Positions 8,307-15,170 of a stretch of 64,000 nucleotides of DNA are shown here, in pieces. This stretch comes from an uncultured Anaerolineales bacterium. GTDB lineage: Bacteria > Chloroflexota > Anaerolineae > Anaerolineales > UBA11858. The stretch is from NCBI GenBank assembly GCA_964406305.1, contig CAYORF010000003.1:1583-65582 (forward strand), given 5' to 3'. Each line of letters begins with the position of its first letter. Position 1 is the first letter of the stretch. Position numbers and translations under genes: made by a program. The notes under the pieces are model-generated. The model had not been told where the DNA came from. It saw nothing but the letters and a program-made list of their open reading frames with translations, and ran no database searches.

Positions 8307-9116
8307 CTAATCTTTTTTCAGGATATTTTCTAACTCTTTCAGATCGACCCGTGATGTGAGATCCAGGCTGAGAGGTGTTACAGATACGGCCTTTTTATTG
8401 ATCACAGTGTGGGAATCTGTTCCAGGGGGGGATTTATCAAAATCTGGAGCAATATCGTAGCCGATGCCATTTACACCTTCATCGGCATTTTCTTCCGGTG
8501 GAACCGGCTGGTAAAAACGTTTAGTGGATAAGCGAGTTGTTTGCCAGGGTGTTTCTGGAGTCGCGTCACTAGGGACTTCGATTTTCAGTACCTGAACATC
8601 CGGAGGCATTTCCTTTGACAATAAAGGCTCTGAAAAGAGTTTTGTGAAATACCCTGCAGTCTTAAAATCGATCTCTCTTGAATAGGATGCGTGATATTTC
8701 TTTTCAGTTTCCAGGGAGATTGCCAGGGAAGGAATACCTGCTGCGGCGCCTTCGAGGGTTGCTCCGACCGTTCCAGAGATTGTAACTCCAGTACCGACAT
8801 TCAAACCATAGTTGATACCTGATACGATCAGGTCTGGTTTGCCGGGGATCAAAGTGAAAATACCGTACAAAACTGCCATGGCGGGTGTGCCGTTCACGGC
8901 ATGGACTGTCCATTCTTTCCCATTCACTACCAGCTTTTCTTCTGTGATCTTGCCATCATAATAACTGGGAAAACTCCGGCCGGTACCTGATGATTGTTCA
9001 CGGGGCGCGATCACTGTCACAAATCCAAGTTCATCCAGGGCTTCAGCTGCAGCCCATAATCCGGGGCTTTGAATGCCGTCGTCATTGGTTAACAGAATCC
9101 GAGGTTCTTTTTTCAT
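8307..9116 (-). CDS. surE: 5'/3'-nucleotidase SurE
   Basis: It has the hallmark SurE N-terminus RILLTNDDGIQSPGL and SGINYGLN. Confidence 0.9.
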   Translation of the reverse strand: MKKEPRILLTNDDGIQSPGLWAAAEALDELGFVTVIAPREQSSGTGRSFPSYYDGKITEEKLVVNGKEWTVHAVNGTPAMAVLYGIFTLIPGKPDLIVSGINYGLNVGTGVTISGTVGATLEGAAAGIPSLAISLETEKKYHASYSREIDFKTAGYFTKLFSEPLLSKEMPPDVQVLKIEVPSDATPETPWQTTRLSTKRFYQPVPPEENADEGVNGIGYDIAPDFDKSPPGTDSHTVINKKAVSVTPLSLDLTSRVDLKELENILKKD

Positions 9117-9136
9117 GGGTTCTTTTTCTTACTTAA

Positions 9137-9160
9137 AAAGAGCGGGGTTATCCGCTCTTT
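9137..9160 (-). terminator. Intrinsic terminator downstream of the tRNA cluster
   Basis: On the minus strand, AAAGAGCGG-AUAACC-CCGCUCUUU is followed by UUAAG. It sits between tRNA-Arg and the surE start. Confidence 0.6.
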
Positions 9161-9166
9161 AATTTC

Positions 9167-9242
9167 TGGCACCCTCGGCGTGATTCGAACACGCGACCCC
9201 TTACTCCGCAAGCAAGTGCTCTATCCACTGAGCTACGAGGGC
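9167..9242 (-). tRNA. tRNA-Arg (anticodon GCG), CCA encoded
   Basis: Reverse strand: GCCCUCG-UA-GCUC-AGUGGAUA-GAGC-A-CUUGC-UUGCGGA-GUAAG-GGGUC-GCGUG-UUCGAAU-CACGC-CGAGGGU-G-CCA. The cloverleaf is complete and the anticodon loop is U33-GCG-G37. Confidence 0.85.
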
Positions 9243-9251
9243 ATATTTTTC

Positions 9252-9343
9252 TGGCGGGGAGGGTGGGATTCGAACCCACGATCGAGCTTTCACCCGACAA
9301 CCGCTTAGCAGGCGGCCCCAATCAACCACTCTGGCACCTCCCC
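9252..9343 (-). tRNA. tRNA-Ser (anticodon GCU), class II with long variable arm, CCA encoded
   Basis: Reverse strand: acceptor GGGGAGG/CCUCCCC, anticodon stem-loop GCCGC-CUGCUAA-GCGGU, long variable arm, T arm GUGGG-UUCGAAU-CCCAC. Confidence 0.9.
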
Positions 9344-9359
9344 GGAGTAGACTTGTGAA

Positions 9360-9447
<88 letters not shown>

Positions 9448-9474
9448 CTATTTAAAGGTTCTCCGAGCGGAGAG

Positions 9475-9503
9475 ATTTTACCATAGCTGATTAAGTGAGG
9501 CAA
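9475..9503 (-). promoter_or_regulatory. Candidate promoter for the tRNA-Ser/Ser/Arg cluster
   Basis: On the minus strand, TTGCCT (9503-9498), a 17-nt spacer, then TGgTAAAAT with -10 at 9480-9475. It lies about 30 nt upstream of tRNA-Ser(UGA). Confidence 0.5.
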
Positions 9504-9524
9504 TGCAAAAGCCCTTCATTCCCC

Positions 9525-9553
9525 TTGACTGAACCATTCCTGCACGCTACAAT
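9525..9553 (+). promoter_or_regulatory. Near-consensus sigma-70-type promoter upstream of ffh
   Basis: TTGACT (9525-9530), a 17-nt spacer, then TACAAT (9548-9553). Confidence 0.55.
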
Positions 9554-9561
9554 GCTTGTCC

Positions 9562-9604
9562 GCGGATGGCTCATTTATTGAGTCTATCATCCGCTGTTTT
9601 TTTT
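9562..9604 (+). terminator. Terminator-like hairpin plus U8 tract in the ffh leader
   Basis: GCGGAUG (9562-9568) pairs with CAUCCGC (9588-9594), with an inner CUCA/UGAG extension. T8 follows at 9597-9604 and a second T8 run follows that. The structure ends 25 nt before the ffh ATG. Confidence 0.55.
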
Positions 9605-9629
9605 GTATTTTTTTTAGTAACACACGTTT

Positions 9630-10949
9630 ATGTTTGAGCAGCTGACTAACCGCCTGGATGAAATATTCCATAACCTGCGTCGCCGAGGAAAACTCTCTGA
9701 AAAAGACGTAGATAGCGCAATGCGTGAGATCCGCCTGGCCTTGCTGGATGCGGATGTTCATTATGGCGTGGTCCGGGAATTCGTATCCCGGGTGAAAGAA
9801 AGAGCGGTTGGGCAGGAGGTTTCCAAAGCGCTCAATCCTGGACAGCAAGTTGTCAAGATTGTCCACGAGGAATTGATCGCGATCCTGGGAGAACCAGCAC
9901 CTCTCAATCAATCACCTACCTCCCCCCTGGTGATTTTACTGGCTGGTTTACAAGGATCTGGAAAAACCACTGCGGCCGGAAAACTCGGACGGTTGTTAAA
10001 AAAACGTGGAGAACAGGTATTGCTTGTTGCGGCCGATCCCTACCGGCCAGCAGCCGTTGATCAACTTCAGACCCTAGGAAAGGAATTATCCATTCCGGTT
10101 CTGTCAGATCTGAGCCTGCAGCCCGCTCAATTGGCGCAAAAAGCGCTCCAGGAGGCGGATAAAGCAAGAAGCACAGTGATCATCCTGGACACGGCTGGAC
10201 GATCCCAAATTGATAAAAGCTTGATGGATGAGCTCGAGTCAATTCAGGAGACAGCCAATCCGAATGAGATCCTGTTAGTTGTAGATGCTATGGTCGGACA
10301 GGAAGCGGTTAATATTGCCCAGGGATTCAGCGATGCAGTCCCTATCACCGGTTTGATCATGAGCAAAATGGATGGTGACGCCCGTGGCGGCTCTGCCATC
10401 TCGATCCGTTCAGTGACAGGTGTGCCAATTAAGTTTCTAGGAACCGGAGAGAGCCTGGATGCCCTGGAAAGCTACGACCCCTCTCGATTGGCATCCCGAA
10501 TTCTGGGTATGGGAGATGTGATCGGTCTAATTGAGCGAGCAGAGGAAAGTATCGATCTGGAAACTGCTCAACATCAGACCGAAAGATTATTATCCGGGGA
10601 ATTTACCCTGGAAGACTTTTCCAACCAGATATCCCAGGTTTTGAAGATGGGACCGATCGGAAAGATCTTGGGCATGCTGCCAGGTGAATTTGGTAAAATG
10701 TCCCAATCGATTGACCCCGGGGAGGCGGAGAAGCGGGTAAAAGCTACTCAGGCGATCATTTATTCTATGACACCTGCGGAAAGACAGAACCCGAAAATCC
10801 TGAATGCCCGCCGGAGAAAACGCATCGCAGCTGGATCTGGTACCCAGGTTTATGATGTAAATCAACTGGTTAAACAGTATCAGAATGCAAAAAGAATGTT
10901 CAAAGATCTTAAGAAATCCGGGTTAAAGAATCTACCTCGATTTTCTTAA
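9630..10949 (+). CDS. ffh: Signal recognition particle protein Ffh
   Basis: Canonical N-terminus MFEQLTNRLDEIF, SRP GTPase P-loop GLQGSGKTTAAGKL, DTAGR, and a Met-rich M domain. Confidence 0.95.
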   Translation: MFEQLTNRLDEIFHNLRRRGKLSEKDVDSAMREIRLALLDADVHYGVVREFVSRVKERAVGQEVSKALNPGQQVVKIVHEELIAILGEPAPLNQSPTSPLVILLAGLQGSGKTTAAGKLGRLLKKRGEQVLLVAADPYRPAAVDQLQTLGKELSIPVLSDLSLQPAQLAQKALQEADKARSTVIILDTAGRSQIDKSLMDELESIQETANPNEILLVVDAMVGQEAVNIAQGFSDAVPITGLIMSKMDGDARGGSAISIRSVTGVPIKFLGTGESLDALESYDPSRLASRILGMGDVIGLIERAEESIDLETAQHQTERLLSGEFTLEDFSNQISQVLKMGPIGKILGMLPGEFGKMSQSIDPGEAEKRVKATQAIIYSMTPAERQNPKILNARRRKRIAAGSGTQVYDVNQLVKQYQNAKRMFKDLKKSGLKNLPRFS

Positions 10950-11035
10950 CATTACGAGATTTTAATGTATAATAGTCTCCGCTGTGTCAAGTGCACAGTG
11001 GAATAAAGCTGGAGAAAATTTAAGGAGTACAAGTT

Positions 11036-11896
11036 ATGGTTCGAATTAGATTACGCCGTGCTGGTGGAAAAGGTCAGCCTACACATCGTCTTGTGGCCGC
11101 TGATAGAGAAAGCCCCCGGGATGGCCGATTCATAGAAATTCTGGGAGATTACAACCCCAGGACCGAGCCCGCTACTATTCGGGTTAAAGAAGATCGAATT
11201 TATCATTGGCTGAGTGTTGGTGCCCAGCCTTCAGATTCTGTGCTGCAGATCTTTCGCACTATCGGTTTACTGGAACGCTACGAGCGTTTCAAAGATGGCG
11301 AGGATGTTGAGACACTGATGGCTGAAGGCAAACAGATCGAAAGCGATCGTAATCAGGATACCCGCACACGCAGGGATGATCTGATCGCAGCCAGACAACC
11401 GAAGAAAAAAGAAGAACCGGTTGAAGAAAAACCAGAAGAGGTCCAGGCTGAAGAAACCACTGCTGAAGTAGAGGAAGTGGAAGAAGCCCCCGTGGAAGAA
11501 GCCGCTGCAGAAGAACCTGCTGCTGAAGTAGAGGTAGTGGAAGAAACCGTTGCAGAGGTCGTGGAAGCTGATCCTGAACCCGAGCTAGAACCGGAACCTG
11601 AGCCAGAGCCGGAACCCGAGCCAGAACCCGAGCCAGAACCAGAGCCAGAAACCGAGCCAGAGCCAGAGACGGAACCCGAGCCAGAGCAAGAACCTGAGCC
11701 GGAACCAGAGCCTGAGCCAGAGCCGGAACTGGAAACTGAGCCAGAACCAGAACCGGAATCAGCAAAAGAGATCAAGATCACTGACGCTGCCCGGAAAATC
11801 GCTGAAGACGCCGGAATTGATATTTCAACTGTCAAGGGAACCGGAAAAGACGGTGCAATCCTAAAGTCTGATATCACCAAGTTAATCAAGGATTAA
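11036..11896 (+). CDS. rpsP: 30S ribosomal protein S16 with a long acidic/(PE)n linker and a C-terminal peripheral-subunit-binding-like domain
   Basis: Residues 1 to about 86 are canonical S16 ([41 protein letters not shown]). About 150 aa of an E/A/V/P-rich segment follow, including PEPEPE repeats. The C-terminus [37 protein letters not shown] matches the E3_binding/PSBD consensus of 2-oxoacid dehydrogenase E2 subunits. Confidence 0.9.
   Translation: MVRIRLRRAGGKGQPTHRLVAADRESPRDGRFIEILGDYNPRTEPATIRVKEDRIYHWLSVGAQPSDSVLQIFRTIGLLERYERFKDGEDVETLMAEGKQIESDRNQDTRTRRDDLIAARQPKKKEEPVEEKPEEVQAEETTAEVEEVEEAPVEEAAAEEPAAEVEVVEETVAEVVEADPEPELEPEPEPEPEPEPEPEPEPEPETEPEPETEPEPEQEPEPEPEPEPEPELETEPEPEPESAKEIKITDAARKIAEDAGIDISTVKGTGKDGAILKSDITKLIKD
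11570..11758 (+). repeat. In-frame hexanucleotide (GAR-CCN)n repeat encoding (Glu-Pro)n inside rpsP
   Basis: GAACCNGAGCCA-type units are repeated about 30 times with occasional ACG/CTG/CAA interruptions. The mirrored antisense ORFs 11289-11765 and 11353-11889 (SGSGSG...) are artefacts of this repeat. Confidence 0.85.
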
Positions 11897-11945
11897 CTGG
11901 TGTACAGGAATAAGATTCCTTCAGATTTGTTTGCGGAGGAAAACA

Positions 11946-12182
11946 TTGATTGATCTAATCACCTATATTGCGCGTTCACTTGTTGAAGATCCTACACAGG
12001 TGAAGGTCTCACATCAACGGCATAGAGACAGCATTAATTTCCAGCTGGAAGTTGCTCGAGAAGACATGGGACGAGTCATTGGCAAAAATGGTAGAGTAGC
12101 TAACGCTATCAGAACATTGCTGAATGTGCCAGCCTCAGGAATTGGTAAAAAAGTGAATCTGGATATTGTAGAACCACAATGA
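11946..12182 (+). CDS. KH-domain RNA-binding protein (YlqC/UPF0109 family)
   Basis: LIDLITYIARSLVEDPTQVKV...VIGKNGRVANAIRTLL contains the GxxG KH motif. Its position between rpsP and rimM is conserved in many bacteria. I prefer the TTG at 11946 (GGAGG at 11935-11939) over the track start at 11931. Confidence 0.8.
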   Translation: MIDLITYIARSLVEDPTQVKVSHQRHRDSINFQLEVAREDMGRVIGKNGRVANAIRTLLNVPASGIGKKVNLDIVEPQ

Positions 12183-12736
12183 AATCAGATCAGAAGTCAA
12201 ATACTAGCACAGGTTCGTCCTCTTCGGATGAACCTGTGTTTGTCCTTATAGGGAAGTTTCGACGTCCGCATGGCATCAGGGGAGAGATCCGTATGACAGT
12301 GTTGACTGATTACCCGGAGTTGATCTCGCCAGGACAGGTTATCTATGCGGGGAAAAAATATAAGGCCTATACTGTCAGGGATATACGCTGGCATGGGGGA
12401 GATATGCTGGTATCCCTCAAGGAATTACCGGACCGGACAGCTGTTGAAATCTTCCGTAACATTATGGTATATATGAGAAGTGAGGATATGCCGGAATTGC
12501 CGGAAGGGGAGTATTTTATCCATCAGCTGGTTGGCATGGAAGTCATCACTGATCAAGGTGAAAAGCTGGGGATATTAAAAGAAATCCTCATTACCGGTGC
12601 GAATGATGTTTACCTGGTGGAATCGCCGGAGGGTAAGGATTTACTGCTCCCGGTAATTGAAGAAGTTGTTCTAGATATAAACCATGAAAGCTGTCAAATA
12701 CTGGTCCATATCATTCCGGGATTATTGGATTATTAG
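12179..12736 (+). CDS. rimM: 16S rRNA processing protein RimM
   Basis: GKFRRPHGIRGEIRMTVLTDYPE (RimM N-domain) followed by a PRC-barrel C-domain. It overlaps the KH gene stop by 4 nt. Confidence 0.9.
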   Translation: MKSDQKSNTSTGSSSSDEPVFVLIGKFRRPHGIRGEIRMTVLTDYPELISPGQVIYAGKKYKAYTVRDIRWHGGDMLVSLKELPDRTAVEIFRNIMVYMRSEDMPELPEGEYFIHQLVGMEVITDQGEKLGILKEILITGANDVYLVESPEGKDLLLPVIEEVVLDINHESCQILVHIIPGLLDY

Positions 12737-12838
12737 GTTGTGTTGCCAGGGGGGGGTTTGGAATATTTACTGATCTTATCTGGTGTTAATCCTGCTAGCC
12801 TGCTGTCAATGATTTTCTTTATCAGTGGGAATTCTCTC

Positions 12839-12868
12839 TTGACACATATTTAAATATTATGGTATTCT
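12839..12868 (+). promoter_or_regulatory. Candidate promoter upstream of dprA
   Basis: TTGACA (12839-12844), an 18-nt spacer, then TGgTATTCT (extended -10, TATTCT at 12863-12868). Confidence 0.45.
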
Positions 12869-12916
12869 GAGCGCGGCTCAGGATATGAAGTTATATCAGG
12901 CTGGATCTGGGGGACA

Positions 12917-14056
12917 ATGATGGAAGATCGAACCAAGTATTGGGTTGGGTTTAACCTTGTAAGAGGAATTGGCCCGGTCCGCCTGGAAAAACTTTTGCAA
13001 CATTTTGGAGATATTAGGTCCGCCTGGGAAGCCAGATCATACCAGTTTGCGGCAGCAAGTCTGAGTGAAAATCTGTCGCGGCAATTGATCCAGATCAGGA
13101 AGAGCACCTGTTTGGATGAACTCATGGAAACGATCCTGGAAGCCGGGATCAAGGTTTATTATTGGGACCACCCGCATTATCCAGAGCGGTTGCGCCACAT
13201 CCCTCAGTCTCCCTTTGTGATCTACTTGAAAGGTGACTTGACTGAGAATGATATCTGGGGAGTCGCAATTGTTGGAACTCGTCGTTATAGTGATTATGGA
13301 CGTCAGATCACTGCGGAAATAGTCAGGATGCTGGCAGGGTATGGGATTACCGTGATCAGCGGATTGGCTCGGGGCATTGATGGATTTGCCCATCAGAGTT
13401 CGCTTGAAGCCGGCGGCCGGACCATAGCTGTTCTGGGAAGTGGGATAGACCAAATCTACCCCCCGGAACACAAGAAACTAGCGGAGCGGATTGTTAACCA
13501 GGGAGCGTTGATCAGCGATTACCCGGTTGGGACTCCTCCTGATGGATCCAATTTTCCGCCCAGGAACAGGATCATATCAGGTTTATCGAAATTAATAATT
13601 GTGATTGAAGCAGGACAGAAAAGCGGAGCGCTAATAACAGCAGGGTATGCGGCAGATCAGGGAAAAGAGGTGTTCGCTGTTCCAGGAAAGATCACCTCAC
13701 CGGTGAGCAAAGGCACAAATTTACTGATTAAGCAGGGTGCACATCCATTGCTATCTGCTCAAGATGTTTTGGATTTGCTGAATATGAGTTTGATCACTGA
13801 ACAGAGAGCGGTGAAAAGGGTCTTGCCTGGTGACCCCAGAGAAGCATTATTATTCCAGGCAGTTGGAGATGAACCGCAGCACGTAGATGAAATATGCACT
13901 CTGGTAAACTTACCTATTGAGGAAGTGACCTCAACTCTGGCATTGATGGAACTCGAAGGTATGGTCCGAAAAACTTTTGGAATGAAATATGTTGCAGTCC
14001 GGGATATGATGGTAGACTATCGCAGCAAGATCAACCTGAACGAGGAAGGAAGTTAA
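12917..14056 (+). CDS. dprA: DNA-processing protein DprA (Smf)
   Basis: GLARGIDGFAHQSSLEAGGRTIAVLGSGIDQIYPPEH and FPPRNRIISGLS are hallmark DprA Rossmann-like motifs. Confidence 0.9.
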   Translation: MMEDRTKYWVGFNLVRGIGPVRLEKLLQHFGDIRSAWEARSYQFAAASLSENLSRQLIQIRKSTCLDELMETILEAGIKVYYWDHPHYPERLRHIPQSPFVIYLKGDLTENDIWGVAIVGTRRYSDYGRQITAEIVRMLAGYGITVISGLARGIDGFAHQSSLEAGGRTIAVLGSGIDQIYPPEHKKLAERIVNQGALISDYPVGTPPDGSNFPPRNRIISGLSKLIIVIEAGQKSGALITAGYAADQGKEVFAVPGKITSPVSKGTNLLIKQGAHPLLSAQDVLDLLNMSLITEQRAVKRVLPGDPREALLFQAVGDEPQHVDEICTLVNLPIEEVTSTLALMELEGMVRKTFGMKYVAVRDMMVDYRSKINLNEEGS

Positions 14057-14057
14057 C

Positions 14058-15149
14058 ATGATCGAGAATTTTTATGCTGTTATCATGGCTGGAGGCGGTG
14101 GGACGAGATTATGGCCTCTGTCGCGCCAGAGCCGTCCTAAGCAAATGTTGAAACTGGGTCAGGAAAGATCATTATTCCAGGTGGCCGTAGATCGACTGCA
14201 GGCCATCTTGCCGCCCGAAAGGATCCTGATAGTGACGGTTGAGGAACAGGCCCCGGGATTACAGGAACAATGCCCGGAGATTCCACCGGAGAATTTTTTA
14301 TTGGAAACCATGCCGCGGGGAACAGCTTCTGTTGTGGGGTACGCTGCGACAGTTTTGAATAAGAAAGACCCGGAATCCGTGATGGCGGTCTTGACAGCAG
14401 ACCATATCATTGGTAATTTAAAGCTTTTCCATCAGATCTTGCAGGCATCCAATCAGGTTGCAGGTGAGAAGTATCTGGTCACGCTGGGTATCACACCGAC
14501 ATTTCCTGCTACGGGATATGGATATACCCGCCGGGGTGATCCGATTGGCAAATACCAGGAGCTGGAAGTCTTCCATGTGCGAGAATTTACTGAGAAGCCA
14601 GCCTTGCCAGAAGCAGAGAAAATGTACAAGAGCGGAGAATATGCCTGGAACTCGGGAATGTTCATTTGGCGGACAGATGTGATCTTGCAGGAAATTGCCC
14701 GACAAATGCCGGAGCTTTCCTCACAATTATCCCTAATAAAGGAAGCCTGGGGAACATCAGAGCAAGAACCGACCATCCGCAAGGTCTGGTCAGTGATAAA
14801 ACCGCAAACGATCGATTTCGGCATTATGGAAAATGCAGAAAAGGTTGCTGTGATCCCGGCATTGGATTTGGAGTGGAATGATGTCGGAAGTTGGGAAGCG
14901 ATCTTCGACTTACTTCCGGAGGATGGACAGGGTAACATAAACAAGGGTATCGAGCATATTACCCTGGATACAAAGGGCACCCTGGTTTACGGAGAGAAGT
15001 CGCCCAGAGTAGTGGTTACTATTGGGGCGGAGGATTTGATTATTGTTGATACTGGAGATATCCTGTTGGTCTGCAAGCGAGACCGGGCTCAGGATGTGCG
15101 CCAAGTAGTGAAAATACTAAAGGAAGAAGGTCGAACAGACCTGATTTAA
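14058..15149 (+). CDS. Mannose-1-phosphate guanylyltransferase (NTP-transferase family, no PMI domain)
   Basis: AVIMAGGGGTRLWPLSRQSRPKQ is the nucleotidyltransferase signature. At 363 aa it fits a stand-alone GDP-mannose pyrophosphorylase. Confidence 0.8.
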   Translation: MIENFYAVIMAGGGGTRLWPLSRQSRPKQMLKLGQERSLFQVAVDRLQAILPPERILIVTVEEQAPGLQEQCPEIPPENFLLETMPRGTASVVGYAATVLNKKDPESVMAVLTADHIIGNLKLFHQILQASNQVAGEKYLVTLGITPTFPATGYGYTRRGDPIGKYQELEVFHVREFTEKPALPEAEKMYKSGEYAWNSGMFIWRTDVILQEIARQMPELSSQLSLIKEAWGTSEQEPTIRKVWSVIKPQTIDFGIMENAEKVAVIPALDLEWNDVGSWEAIFDLLPEDGQGNINKGIEHITLDTKGTLVYGEKSPRVVVTIGAEDLIIVDTGDILLVCKRDRAQDVRQVVKILKEEGRTDLI

Positions 15150-15170
15150 TTTTGATTTGGGTATTGGAGG

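Noticed and set aside
11289-11889. Antisense ORFs of 158 aa and 178 aa (SGSGSGSG... / ALALA-rich); I also considered whether the repeat tract is a CRISPR array or satellite
   Set aside because: The repeats are 6-nt in-frame units inside rpsP encoding (PE)n. There is no repeat-spacer architecture and no cas genes. The antisense ORFs are simply the mirror image of a stop-free repeat.
12737-12916. 180-nt rimM-dprA spacer as a possible location of the usual trmD-rplS continuation or of a small RNA
   Set aside because: No ORF or conserved RNA motif could be discerned. The spacer is best explained by a TTGACA/extended -10 promoter for dprA, and trmD and rplS are simply not at this locus.
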